In this document: positions 1-10,093 of the stretch, piece after piece
Numbering within the stretch: the stretch's first letter is position 1
Layout: each line of letters opens with the position of its first letter
Source of the DNA: Gammaproteobacteria bacterium
GTDB lineage: Bacteria; Pseudomonadota; Gammaproteobacteria; Ga0077536
Reading direction: 5' to 3'
DNA: 64,000 bases
Assembly (NCBI GenBank): GCA_963662545.2
Contig: CAXXLL010000003.1
Location: 512,001 to 576,000, forward strand
Program-made: the position numbers and the translations under genes
Notes under the pieces: model-generated
Database searches by the model: none
What the model saw: only the letters and a program-made list of their open reading frames with translations
What the model was told of the DNA's origin: nothing

Positions 1-1721
1 ATCTCGGTGAAGTATTCGTTGAGCATGGACACCGTCTCCGGCGCTCCGAAACTCTCCGCGATTTCAGTAAATCCCTTGATATCGGAAAATAAGATCGTCG
101 CATTTTGCGTACGGCCGCCGAGAACGGATTCTCCTTCGGCCAATACCTGCTCTGCCACTTCGGCAGTCATGTAACGAGCCATGGTCGCGCGCACCCGCTT
201 CTCTTCGGTAACGTCCTCGATGATCATGGTGCAACCGAGGGAGTGGCCTTCCGTATCTGCAAGCGGTGTGGTGTTGACGTTGACGGTAACTTCGTGGCCG
301 TCGAAGGTATGGAGATCGGCGTCGAGGATGATGTCCGGTTCGTGATTTTCGACGACCTTCTGGACGCTCTCCAGTAACCAGGTATTACCATTGCCGAAGA
401 TCTTTGCAGCCGATCCCCCGAGGATCTCCGAGGCGCGGACGCGAAGAATAGAGCACGCAGCGTCGTTCAGCTTCACGATATTGTGCGAGGTATCGAGCGT
501 GATCACCCCGTCCGACAAACTGCGGAGCACGTTCTCGCTGTAATTCCGTTCATCCAGGACCTCGCGGAACAACCTCGCATTGTCCAGTGCGATAGCGCTT
601 TGGGCGGCCAGCATTTCCAGGCGCCGCTGATCACGCAGGCGAAACGGACCGCCGCGTCGATTGAGTACTTGTAGTACGCCGATTGGTACGCCCAGCTTGT
701 TAATAACGGGCACGCCGAGGATCGAGCGCGTTCGGAAACCGGTCTTACGGTCGACCGCCGGATTGAACCGGGAGTCGGCATAGGCATCCGGAATGTTGAC
801 CGCCGTGTGCGTCGTGAATACTTCTCCGGCGATACCAACTTTCGACGGGATCCGTATTTCGCGTTCCGAGATGCCTTCGGCGACCCGTGACCATAATTCG
901 TCGGTATTGGGGTCGTGGAGGAATAGCGTGCTGCGTTCCGCTTCGAGCAGATCGGTGACAATTCCGATGATCTTGCGCAGTAGTTTCTCAATATTGAGCT
1001 CGGATGAGACGACCTGCGTGACTTCGAGCATACGCGCTTCTTCGCGCTGTGAATCGCGTGCGCGCTCGCTGAGCTGCGCCGTTTCTATGACCGCCGCCGT
1101 GTGAGTCGTAAATGCCTGCAGCAAGGCGGCGTCGGCCGCGGAGAAATCACCGTTGCGCTTGTTCAGGACTTCGGTCACGCCGATGATGTCATGGGCACGC
1201 GTGCGTAGCGGTACGCATAGGATATTGTGCGTGTGGTATCCCGTTTCAGCGTCCACCGACGAATTGAAGCGCGGATCGATATAGGCGTTGAGAATGATCG
1301 CGGGTTCACCGCTCTGAAATACGGATCCGGCGACGCCGGAGTCTGCAGGAAAACGGATTTCGTCGACGAGATCACCTTGGGCGATGCGCGAGAAGAGCTC
1401 TTTGGATTCCGCGTCGTAGAGGAACAGAGAACTCCGATCTGCATCGAATGCATCCGTGATCAGCGTCATCAAGCGCGTGAGCAGTATATCTAAAGACAGG
1501 GGTTCTCGGACTTTGCCCGTCGCCTCGACCAGCGAATCGAGACGCCGCGCCAGGTCGTCGATTTGGTGCAGCAGTTCGCGGCGTTCCGCTTCGGGATATA
1601 CCTCGACGGTTTGTTTGAGAGCGCTTTCCTGCAACCGGCGCTCGAAGATGTCATGCACGGTAGAATCGCCAGAGACAGCCAAATCTCTGGCAGAACTATC
1701 GGTTAAAGTCTCTTTGGTCAT
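1..1721 (-). CDS. Class III adenylate/guanylate cyclase with tandem GAF-GAF-PAS domains (CyaB-like); 3' end runs off the window
   Basis: Not in the ORF track because it is open to the window edge. Manual minus-strand translation from ATG 1721 gives two GAF repeats (..NAYIDPRFN..GYHTHNILCVPL..VLNKRNGDF; ..DAYADSRFN..GFRTRSILGVPV..VLNRRGGPF), a PAS-like segment (SLSDGVITLD..N) and the cyclase start ATILFSDIKGFTEIAE..VSMLNEYF. Confidence 0.9.
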   Translation of the reverse strand, partial: MTKETLTDSSARDLAVSGDSTVHDIFERRLQESALKQTVEVYPEAERRELLHQIDDLARRLDSLVEATGKVREPLSLDILLTRLMTLITDAFDADRSSLFLYDAESKELFSRIAQGDLVDEIRFPADSGVAGSVFQSGEPAIILNAYIDPRFNSSVDAETGYHTHNILCVPLRTRAHDIIGVTEVLNKRNGDFSAADAALLQAFTTHTAAVIETAQLSERARDSQREEARMLEVTQVVSSELNIEKLLRKIIGIVTDLLEAERSTLFLHDPNTDELWSRVAEGISEREIRIPSKVGIAGEVFTTHTAVNIPDAYADSRFNPAVDRKTGFRTRSILGVPVINKLGVPIGVLQVLNRRGGPFRLRDQRRLEMLAAQSAIALDNARLFREVLDERNYSENVLRSLSDGVITLDTSHNIVKLNDAACSILRVRASEILGGSAAKIFGNGNTWLLESVQKVVENHEPDIILDADLHTFDGHEVTVNVNTTPLADTEGHSLGCTMIIEDVTEEKRVRATMARYMTAEVAEQVLAEGESVLGGRTQNATILFSDIKGFTEIAESFGAPETVSMLNEYFTE

Positions 1722-1837
1722 CGTCCCGCAGCGATTGACTTCTTTTATCGTCCCCTAAATCGCAGTATATTTCTATCAAGCGACGGACCTTGTTTCTGAG
1801 AAGTAATTCTCATTGGTGGAGAGTGAACGATCAACCT

Positions 1838-1864
1838 ATAACGGCCAATCGTTTAAATTCTTAA
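1838..1864 (-). promoter_or_regulatory. Candidate sigma28 (FliA)-type promoter for the cyclase
   Basis: Minus strand reads TTAAG-N14-GCCGTTAT, about 120 bp upstream of ATG 1721; compare the T(C/T)AAG-N14-GCCGATA type consensus. Confidence 0.5.
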
Positions 1865-2194
1865 CGATGCTGTAACAATTGGACACAATGGGCTCGAGGT
1901 CGATGTTTGGCCCCCGCCTCCCGTTTCTTCGTGACACAGCTACGATTCGGCGTGAAATGCGCCTTTTCACGCCGCGCCGCGCCGCGCAATCACAGGTCGC
2001 GATATCCGCCGGGCAGTCACCCGCGCCGCCTTCACGGCCTGCACCCGTGCTCTCGGTCTTGTTTGCATGCCGGCGAGTAGTACCCCACGGCGCCGCCTTT
2101 ATATAGCGGTTGGCTCGCGTGAAAACCAGCTAGCTGTGGACCACATGATGCACCTGATCCGTCCCGCTCCGTTTGCTAGACTCCTCACCCCACT

Positions 2195-2270
2195 GCCCTG
2201 GTAGCTCAGGGGATAGAGCAACCGCCTCCTAAGCGGTAGGTCGCAGGTTCGAATCCTGCTCAGGGCGCCA
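2195..2270 (+). tRNA. tRNA-Arg (anticodon CCT)
   Basis: Cloverleaf: acceptor GCCCTGG/TCAGGGC, D-arm GCTC/GAGC, anticodon stem ACCGC-CTCCTAA-GCGGT, T-loop TTCGAAT, encoded CCA. Confidence 0.96.
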
Positions 2271-2290
2271 ACATGCTTTCGTCATTGAGC

Positions 2291-2467
2291 AGAACCCATC
2301 GCAAAATTATTCGGCCCCACGCGGGCAGCCGTCCGGGGTGCCCCCTGCAAACCACGCTTGCTGCGTTCTAGCGCTTGAACATGGAACCACCATGCCCTGC
2401 GCGCGGCGCCTTTTAACCCCGATTTTCACGGGGCAACGTGGGCCCGAATAATTTTGCGATGGGTTCT
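2291..2467. mobile_element. MITE-like palindromic element, family C (177 bp)
   Basis: 31-bp terminal inverted repeat AGAACCCATCGCAAAATTATTCGG(C/G)CCCACG at 2291-2321 and 2437-2467 (30/31 match). Non-coding; the right end overlaps the TAG stop of the aminotransferase. Confidence 0.8.
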
Positions 2468-3812
2468 ACTGATTTGCCCGTATCGCGTCCCGAAGCGTGT
2501 CGACGATGATACCAATTTCCTGTTCGCTCACCGTCGTCGACGGCCCGATGGCGATGATGTCCCCGCTATAGCGCACCATCACGCCGGCATCGAAACAGTG
2601 GTGAAAGACGTTCATCGCTCGGATCGACGCCTGGCCCTCGATCGGTTCGAACTCGACCGCTGCCGCGATACCGATATTCCGGACATCGATGACTTTGGGT
2701 TCGTCGCGCAGCGAATGGATAGCGTCCTCAAGCACCGGTTCGAGCATGCGCGCCCGCTCGAATAAGCCCTCCTCCTGGTAGACGTCCAGCGTCGCCACCG
2801 CGGCCGCGCAACCAAGTGGATGCCCGGAATAAGTATAGCCGTGGAAGAACTCGACGAGGTGTTCCGGACCCTGCATGAACGCTTCGTAGATCCCCTCGCG
2901 TACGAGGGCACCGCCGAGTGGAACCATGCCGCTGGTAACGCCCTTGGCGAAGCTGATAATGTCCGGCAGGACATCAAATCGCGTCGGCGAAAACAGTTCA
3001 CCGAGACGTCCGAAAGCCGTGATGACCTCGTCAAAGATCAACAGGATCCCGTGACGATCGCAGATCTCGCGCAGGCGTTTGAGATAGCCGGTGGGCGGTA
3101 CGATGACGCCCGCCGATCCCTGCATCGGCTCGACGATGACTGCCGCGATGGTTGATGCATCGTGCAGGGCCACGATGCGTTCCAAATCGTCCGCCAGGTG
3201 CGCGCCCCATTCGGGCTGCCCACGCGTGAACGCCATGTGTTCGAGATCGTGCGTATGAGGCAGATGGTCGACGCCCGGAATCAGCGCGCTCGCGAATGCC
3301 TTTCGATTAGGTGTCATACCCCCGACCGAAATACCGCCGAAGCCGACACCGTGATAGCCCTTTGTCCGACCGATCAGCCGAAAACGGCCGCCGTCGCCGC
3401 GTACCTTGTGATAAGCGATTGCGATCTTGAGCGCGGTGTCGACGGCTTCCGATCCGGAATTAACGAAAAATACGTGGTTGAGATCCCCCGGCGCGGCGTC
3501 CGTCAGCTTATTTGCGAGTTCGAACGCCTTCGGATGATGCGCCTGAAAGGCGACCGCATAATCCAGATCATCCAGTTGCGCTTTGACTGCTTCGACGATT
3601 TTCGGATGGCGGTGTCCCGCGTTACAGCACCACAGGCCGGACATGGCGTCCAGTATCTGCCTGCCGTCCGGTGTCGTGTAGTACATGCCTTCCGCGCGGC
3701 TCACCAGGCGTGGGTGCTTCTTGAAATAGCGGTTGTGGGTAAAGGGGAGCCACAGGGCCTCCAGATCCGGGATGTTCTCGGCGGATGAGAGGCGTTCGGC
3801 GGGCTCGCTCAT
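2466..3812 (-). CDS. Class III PLP aminotransferase (omega-amino acid/beta-alanine:pyruvate type)
   Basis: Motifs DAMSGLWC, SGSEAVDTALK, YHG, LLIFDEVITAFGR, FAKGVTSG, HGYTYSGHP; start taken at MSEPAE. Confidence 0.92.
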   Translation of the reverse strand: MSEPAERLSSAENIPDLEALWLPFTHNRYFKKHPRLVSRAEGMYYTTPDGRQILDAMSGLWCCNAGHRHPKIVEAVKAQLDDLDYAVAFQAHHPKAFELANKLTDAAPGDLNHVFFVNSGSEAVDTALKIAIAYHKVRGDGGRFRLIGRTKGYHGVGFGGISVGGMTPNRKAFASALIPGVDHLPHTHDLEHMAFTRGQPEWGAHLADDLERIVALHDASTIAAVIVEPMQGSAGVIVPPTGYLKRLREICDRHGILLIFDEVITAFGRLGELFSPTRFDVLPDIISFAKGVTSGMVPLGGALVREGIYEAFMQGPEHLVEFFHGYTYSGHPLGCAAAVATLDVYQEEGLFERARMLEPVLEDAIHSLRDEPKVIDVRNIGIAAAVEFEPIEGQASIRAMNVFHHCFDAGVMVRYSGDIIAIGPSTTVSEQEIGIIVDTLRDAIRANQ

Positions 3813-3924
3813 CTTATGTCGCTCCAATAACGAGTGGTGTTGACGGTACTCGCTTCACTCTACCGCTGCGGCCCGTAGGCGACAAGAACGCCGGCGGTGC
3901 GACCGGCGTGTTTCGAAGCCGGCG

Positions 3925-6372
3925 TCAGCACCGGATCCGCTCGGATTCGGGGTCGTATAGAGGTTGCAAGGAAGTGATCGCCGGTATCCGCTCGCCCGCC
4001 ACTTCAATTTCGTAGGCGCCGCTGGTCACGAAGGCGTCGTCGACGCCTTCGGAACGGTTGACGTAACCGAGTCCGATCGCAGCACCTAGGGTGTGACCGA
4101 ACACGCCCGAGGTGATATACCCGACGATGCGGTCATCCCGCCAGATGGGTTCGTTTTGGAACAGGAGTGGCCCGGGATCGGAGAGCTTGAACTGCACCAA
4201 GGCCCGGGACGGCACTGCTTCGAGTTGCCGCATCAGGGCATCACGCCCCAGAAATCCGCCGGGTTTTTCGGGCTTGACGACGAACATGAGTCCCGCTTCG
4301 AGCGGCGAATCTTCGTCACAGATGTCGTGTCCCCAATGCCGGTACGCTTTCTCCATGCGCAATGAATTCAAGGCGTGGTAGCCCGCGTGAACGAGTCCGA
4401 ATGCCGTGCCCGCCGCGACGATCGCTTCGTAGACGCCCAGGGCGAATTCCGTAGGCACGTACAATTCCCACCCGAGCTCGCCCACATAGGTGATGCGCGA
4501 AGCACGAACACGCGCGTAACCGATCTCGATCTCTCGGCTCGAAGCAAAGGGAAACCCTGGAGGCGATAGATCATCGGGCGACAGCGACTGCAGAAGATCG
4601 CGCGAACTGGGCCCCATCACCGACAGGACCGCGAAGGCGGATGTGACGTTTGACAGGAAGGCGTGGCTACCGTCGGGTATCTGGCGTTCGAGCCAGTGAA
4701 AATCACGGACCTCGGTCTCGCCGGAGGTCACGATCAAGAAATCGTCTTCGGCGAGGCGCGTCACCGTCAAGTCGGCTTCGATACCGCCGCGTTCATTCAG
4801 CCATTGCGTATAGACGACGCGCCCGGGTGCCACCGCGATGTCGTTCGCCGAAACCCAGTTGAGCACCTGTTCGGCGTCGCGACCCTGCAGGCGAAACTTG
4901 GCGAAGGAGGTCTGATCGAACAACGCGACATTCTCTCGTACCGCAGCGTGTTCCGCCGCCGAATACTCGAACCAGTTTTCGCGCCCGTAGCTATGCTCAT
5001 AGCGCGGATCGATGCCTGCGGGCGCATACCAGTTGGGGCGCTCCCAGCCAAAGTCGAGTCCGTGACAGGCGCCGCACGCGACCAGGCGATCGTAAAACGG
5101 CGAGCGGCGTACCCCACGCGCGGTTTCATTCTGGCGGAAAGGCCAGTGCGTCGCGTAGAGCAAGCCCAGGGATTCCTTCACGCGGTCGTGTAGGTATTTG
5201 CGGTTGGTCTGAAACGGCAGATTGCGTCGGATGTCGACCTCCCACAGGTCCATAGGCGGGTGACCGTCGCGGATCCATTCGGCGAGCACTTTACCGATGC
5301 CGCCGGCCGACTGGATCCCGATCGAGTTGAGGCCAGCGGCGACAAAACAGTTGTCGAGATTCGGCGCTTCGCCGAGGTGGTAGCGGACGTCCGGTGTAAA
5401 GCTCTCCGGCCCGCAGAAGAACGTTTGAATACCGATATCCGCGAGGATCGGCATGCGGTGCAAGGCCATTTCTAAGATCGGCTCGAAATGTTCGAGGTCG
5501 TCAGGAAGCTGATCGAAGCAAAAGGACTCCGGTATCCCGTCCATGCCCCAGGGTTTCGATTCCGGTTCGAAGGCTCCGAGCAGAATCTTGCCCGCGTCTT
5601 CCTTATAGTAAGCACAGGCGTCGTAGTCGCGCAGTACCGGGAGCTCGCGAATGTCGCCTTCGAGTGGCTCCGTGACGATATAGAAGTGCTCGCAGGCATG
5701 CAGTGGTACTTGAACGCCGACCGTCGCCGCTAGTTCGCCGGTCCACATGCCGCAGCACAGCACGACGTAGTCGGCCTCGATCACGCCGCGCTCTGTTTCA
5801 ACGCCGCGGATCTTGCGGCCCTGCGTCAAAATCGATTGGACCTTCGTATCTTCGAAGATGCGTGCGCCGCCCATTCGCGCTCCGCTCGCCAGGGCCTGCG
5901 TAACGTCGACCGGGTTCACCTGTCCGTCGGACGGGATCCGGATCGCCCCGATCACATCACCGGTATGGATCAGGGGGTAACGCGCTTTGACCTCGTCCGG
6001 CGTGATCACCTCGACGGCCAAGTCGAACACCTTCGCCATCGACGCCATGCGCTTCAACTCCTCAAAGCGCCCGTCGGTTGTCGCCAACGATATCGAGCCG
6101 TTCTGCTTGAAGCCCGTCGCCTGGCCGGTTTCCCGTTCGAGGTCGGTATAGAGTTCCGCGGTGTACTTCGCGAGGCGGGTCATGTTGCGGGAACCGCGAA
6201 GCTGCCCCACGAGACCCGCGGCGTGCCAGGTGGTGCCGCAGGTGAGCTGCCGGCGCTCGCACAGCACCACGTCCTCGATACCGATTTTCGTCAGGTGGTA
6301 GGCCATGGAACAACCCACGATGCCGCCTCCCACGACGACGACCTCCGCCCGGTCTGGAATCGCATCAGTCAA
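3925..6372 (-). CDS. GcvT-family FAD oxidoreductase (dimethylglycine/sarcosine dehydrogenase-like)
   Basis: GGGIVG FAD motif, GTTWHAAG, GPESFTPD, C-terminal GcvT folate domain (YTQWLNERGGIEADLTV, YVGELGWE, SLRMEK). Confidence 0.92.
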   Translation of the reverse strand: MTDAIPDRAEVVVVGGGIVGCSMAYHLTKIGIEDVVLCERRQLTCGTTWHAAGLVGQLRGSRNMTRLAKYTAELYTDLERETGQATGFKQNGSISLATTDGRFEELKRMASMAKVFDLAVEVITPDEVKARYPLIHTGDVIGAIRIPSDGQVNPVDVTQALASGARMGGARIFEDTKVQSILTQGRKIRGVETERGVIEADYVVLCCGMWTGELAATVGVQVPLHACEHFYIVTEPLEGDIRELPVLRDYDACAYYKEDAGKILLGAFEPESKPWGMDGIPESFCFDQLPDDLEHFEPILEMALHRMPILADIGIQTFFCGPESFTPDVRYHLGEAPNLDNCFVAAGLNSIGIQSAGGIGKVLAEWIRDGHPPMDLWEVDIRRNLPFQTNRKYLHDRVKESLGLLYATHWPFRQNETARGVRRSPFYDRLVACGACHGLDFGWERPNWYAPAGIDPRYEHSYGRENWFEYSAAEHAAVRENVALFDQTSFAKFRLQGRDAEQVLNWVSANDIAVAPGRVVYTQWLNERGGIEADLTVTRLAEDDFLIVTSGETEVRDFHWLERQIPDGSHAFLSNVTSAFAVLSVMGPSSRDLLQSLSPDDLSPPGFPFASSREIEIGYARVRASRITYVGELGWELYVPTEFALGVYEAIVAAGTAFGLVHAGYHALNSLRMEKAYRHWGHDICDEDSPLEAGLMFVVKPEKPGGFLGRDALMRQLEAVPSRALVQFKLSDPGPLLFQNEPIWRDDRIVGYITSGVFGHTLGAAIGLGYVNRSEGVDDAFVTSGAYEIEVAGERIPAITSLQPLYDPESERIRC

Positions 6373-6535
6373 TACACCGTCCTCACGTTTATGTTTGAAG
6401 CATTAAAAGGCGTCCGCGCGGCTATGGGAAGCGCCTGCTCCGGTGATCGTCGATGGCCCGGCGATAGGCTGTCGCGCACCCGGGCTCTCGGCACGCATGT
6501 CGAATTCCCTTGAGCGGCGTGAGATCCTTTGATCG

Positions 6536-7240
6536 ATGAACGAAACCCTCACAGTCATTCCTGTCATAAACCTCGCCTTTGCATTCGCCCCGGTTGGCGC
6601 GGTCGCATTTGTTCTGTGGCGCTGGTCCGCCGGCAGCAACACGGCCATCTATGCAACGGCGAGGATGATCGTACAGCTCGCGCTCATCGGATACGTATTG
6701 ACCTATGTTTTCGAGACGGATAGCGCCGGTATCGTCGTTGCTGTTCTTGCAATCATGCTCGGAGCGTCGAGCTGGATCGCTCTGAGGCCACTCGAATCCC
6801 ACGGCCGCGGCCTGTATTTGAAGACGCTCTTAGCGATTGCCATCGGCGGCGTGTTCACGCTTGCAATCGTCACGATCGGCGTATTGAGGCTTGACCCCTG
6901 GTTCGCGCCGCGCACGGTGATCCCGATCGCCGGCATGATCTTTTCCAGCGCAATGAATACCGTAAGCCTTGCCGCGGAACGCTTCGAAGCGGAACGAAGG
7001 AACGCGGTGAGCTATGAACTGGCGCGCAGGCGCGCGCTCGAAACCGCTCTCATCCCAATGGTAAACCTGTTTCTCGCCGTCGGTTTGGTATCGCTTCCGG
7101 GAATGATGACCGGGCAGATACTGTCTGGCGTAGAACCACAGATTGCCGTTCGTTATCAAATCATGGTCATGTGTATGACTTTCGGCGCCGCCGGGATCGC
7201 GGCCATCGCCTATCTGCTCTTCATGAAACCGCACGAATAA
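6536..7240 (+). CDS. UPF0014 / FetB (YbbM)-like ABC permease
   Basis: Multi-TM protein with RMIVQLALIGY, IPIAGMI, GLVSLPGMMTGQILSG..P..AVRYQI. Confidence 0.85.
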   Translation: MNETLTVIPVINLAFAFAPVGAVAFVLWRWSAGSNTAIYATARMIVQLALIGYVLTYVFETDSAGIVVAVLAIMLGASSWIALRPLESHGRGLYLKTLLAIAIGGVFTLAIVTIGVLRLDPWFAPRTVIPIAGMIFSSAMNTVSLAAERFEAERRNAVSYELARRRALETALIPMVNLFLAVGLVSLPGMMTGQILSGVEPQIAVRYQIMVMCMTFGAAGIAAIAYLLFMKPHE

Positions 7241-7421
7241 CGGCTTAGGTGGATGGTGAAGATGCGGGAGCAGTCACCAAGCCCCAAGGATCCCGATCGC
7301 CAGCCCGCGAAAACGGGTGTGGCGAATAACTCGAGTCGCTCTCTCTTTTTCGAGGTTGGATTAATTTTTCCGTCTCCGGCACTCTTCACGCCGCGGAAAA
7401 AATACATGAGGGGAAAACACC

Positions 7422-8183
7422 ATGGCGGAAACCTGTGAAGGTAAAGTTGCACTTGTCACCGGCGGCGGATCCGGGATCGGCCGAGCGAGCGCCGTCGCGC
7501 TGGCGCGTGAAGGCGCGCAAGTGCTGATCGCAGACCTCGATCTGGCCGCTTGTGAAGGTACGGTCAGCCAGATTGAAGCCGGCGGCGGCGAGGCGCTTGC
7601 CTGGCAGGTCGACGTATCCGACGAAACCGGTGTTGAGTCGATGGTGCAAAAGACCATCGACCACTTCGGCCGCCTCGATCTCGCCTTCAATAACGCCGGC
7701 ATCGGCGGCGGCATGGGAAAAACTGCGGATTACGATACCGCTACTTGGAACCAGGTGATCGCCGTCAATCTGACGGGGGTATGGTTTTGCATGAAGTATG
7801 AACTTCGGCAGATGATGGCCCAGGGCAACGGCGCGATCGTGAACACGGCGTCAGTCGCCGGGCTCGTCGGCATGAGTCATGCTCCCGCCTACTGCGCGGC
7901 CAAACACGGCGTCGTCGGCCTCACCAAGAACGCCGCCCTCGAATACGCGAAGTCCAACATCCGCGTCAACGCTGTATGTCCCGGCGGCGTGCACACGAAC
8001 ATGACTGAAACCGCTGAAAAGGAGATTCCGGGCTTCCTCGACAAGCTCGCCAAGCACGAACCGATGGGGCGCCTGGCCGAACCGGAGGAAATTGCAAGTG
8101 CCGTCGTGTGGTTATGTTCCGACGGCGCATCGTTCATGACGGGACATGCGCTCGCCGTGGATGGAGGTTTCGTGGCGCGGTGA
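7422..8183 (+). CDS. Short-chain dehydrogenase/reductase
   Basis: TGGGSGIG, NNAGI, YCAAK, VDGG. Confidence 0.92.
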   Translation: MAETCEGKVALVTGGGSGIGRASAVALAREGAQVLIADLDLAACEGTVSQIEAGGGEALAWQVDVSDETGVESMVQKTIDHFGRLDLAFNNAGIGGGMGKTADYDTATWNQVIAVNLTGVWFCMKYELRQMMAQGNGAIVNTASVAGLVGMSHAPAYCAAKHGVVGLTKNAALEYAKSNIRVNAVCPGGVHTNMTETAEKEIPGFLDKLAKHEPMGRLAEPEEIASAVVWLCSDGASFMTGHALAVDGGFVAR

Positions 8184-8252
8184 ATCAGACTCGAAGTCGG
8201 AGTAAGAGACAGCTTTGCAACCCGAGCATTCATCGATCGTTCAAATGACGAA

Positions 8253-10091
8253 ATGAATATTCTAGGTATTTCCGCCTACTATCATGATAGCGCGGCCGCG
8301 TTGATCCGCGATGGTGGAATTATCGCCGCCGCGCAGGAAGAACGCTTTTCACGCAAGAAGCACGACGCCCGGTTTCCCGGGAACGCGATTCGCTATTGCC
8401 TTGATGAGGCGCACTTAAACCTCGGCGATGTCCATCGGATAGTCTTCTACGATAAGCCACTACTCAAATTCGACCGCCTGATGGAAACCTATATGGCGTA
8501 CGCTCCAGTGGGATTCCGCTCTTTCGTCGCCGCGATGCCAGTCTGGCTTAAAGAAAAACTCTATTTAAAAACGGAGCTCAAAACTGCCTTGGCCGAAATC
8601 GGCGCATGTAAAGTCGCCGAACTCCCGCCGCTGATGTTCACCGAGCATCATGAATCCTATGCGGCGTCGGCTTTTTTCCCCAGTCCATTCGAGCGCGCGG
8701 CCGTACTGTGTCTCGACGGTGTTGGGGAATGGGCGACGACCACGGTTTGGCTAGGCGAAGGGAAGACGCTCGAGCCGCAATGGCGCATCGATTTCCCCCA
8801 CTCACTGGGGCTCCTCTATTCCGCATTCACCTACTACACGGGATTCAAAGTCAACTCGGGTGAATACAAACTAATGGGCCTCGCGCCCTACGGTAAGCCG
8901 CTATATACCCAAAAAATTCTGGACAATGTAGTCGACATCAAGGACGACGGGACCTACCGCCTCAATATGGATTACTTCGATTACACGACCGGGCTGACGA
9001 TGACGAACGCCCGCTTCGACGAGCTGTTCGACGGTCCGCCGAGGCAGGGCGAGACACCGCTGACGAGGCGCGAAATGGATATCGCGGCGTCGATTCAAGC
9101 GGTCACTGAAGAAGTGGTGTTGCGTCTCGGGCAAACCATCCAGCACGAGCTGGATGTGCAATCCCTCTGCATGGCTGGAGGCGTTGCGCTCAATTGCGTG
9201 GCCAACGGGCGGCTGCTGCGAGAAGGGCCCTTCGAGGACATCTGGATCCAGCCGGCGGCGGGCGATGCAGGCGGTGCCCTCGGTGCGGCACTCGCGGTAT
9301 GGCACGAGTTTTTCGGCAAGGAACGGTCCGTCAACGGCAGCGACGCGATGGCAGGTTCCTATCTCGGTCCCCGTTTCAGCGACGAGGAGATCCGCGCCTA
9401 CCTCGATTCGGTCGAAGCGAACTACGAGGTCGTGGACAAAGCCGTGCTTTATTCACGCATTGCCGAGGTGCTGGCTGACGAGCATGTGGTCGGTTGGTTC
9501 CAGGGCAGGATGGAGTTCGGCCCGCGGGCGCTTGGTGGGCGATCGATCATCGGCGATCCGCGCAGCCGCAGCATGCAGTCCGTGATGAACTTGAAAATCA
9601 AGTATCGGGAGTCGTTCCGGCCCTTTGCCCCGGCGGTGCTGAGCGAGCGCGTGTCCGAATGGTTCGATCTCGACCGGGCAAGCCCCTATATGCTACTCGT
9701 TGCCGATGTCGCGACCGATCGGCAGATCCCGATGACAGAAAACGAGCAGTCGCTCTTTGGAATCGAAAAGTTGAACGTGTCGCGATCGGAGATCCCGGCG
9801 GTCACGCACGTCGATTATTCGGCGAGGGTCCAGACAGTACACGAAGAGACGAACCCCGGTTTCTACAAGCTGTTACAGGCGTTCGAGCGGCGCACGGACT
9901 GCCCCGTGTTGGTCAACACCTCTTTTAACGTCCGCGGCGAACCGATCGTGTGCACGCCCGAGGACGCCTATCGCTGCTTCATGCGTACGGAGATGGATTA
10001 TCTGGTGCTCGAAAATTACGTGCTTGCCAAAACCGAGCAGCCCGCCTGGGACGAGGATGATTCCTGGAAGGATGAGTTCGAGCTGGATTGA
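8253..10091 (+). CDS. NodU/CmcH-family O-carbamoyltransferase (SxtI-like)
   Basis: ILGISAYYHDSAA, EERFSRKKH, GEYKLMGLAPYG, GGVALNC, QPAAGDAG, EFGPRALG, RESFRPFAP, NTSFN. Confidence 0.93.
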   Translation: MNILGISAYYHDSAAALIRDGGIIAAAQEERFSRKKHDARFPGNAIRYCLDEAHLNLGDVHRIVFYDKPLLKFDRLMETYMAYAPVGFRSFVAAMPVWLKEKLYLKTELKTALAEIGACKVAELPPLMFTEHHESYAASAFFPSPFERAAVLCLDGVGEWATTTVWLGEGKTLEPQWRIDFPHSLGLLYSAFTYYTGFKVNSGEYKLMGLAPYGKPLYTQKILDNVVDIKDDGTYRLNMDYFDYTTGLTMTNARFDELFDGPPRQGETPLTRREMDIAASIQAVTEEVVLRLGQTIQHELDVQSLCMAGGVALNCVANGRLLREGPFEDIWIQPAAGDAGGALGAALAVWHEFFGKERSVNGSDAMAGSYLGPRFSDEEIRAYLDSVEANYEVVDKAVLYSRIAEVLADEHVVGWFQGRMEFGPRALGGRSIIGDPRSRSMQSVMNLKIKYRESFRPFAPAVLSERVSEWFDLDRASPYMLLVADVATDRQIPMTENEQSLFGIEKLNVSRSEIPAVTHVDYSARVQTVHEETNPGFYKLLQAFERRTDCPVLVNTSFNVRGEPIVCTPEDAYRCFMRTEMDYLVLENYVLAKTEQPAWDEDDSWKDEFELD

Positions 10092-10093
10092 CC

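Noticed and set aside
1797-1812. Fur box upstream of the cyclase
   Set aside because: TGAGAA-N4-TTCTCA is one base too long for the 7-1-7 Fur spacing; kept only as an unassigned palindrome.
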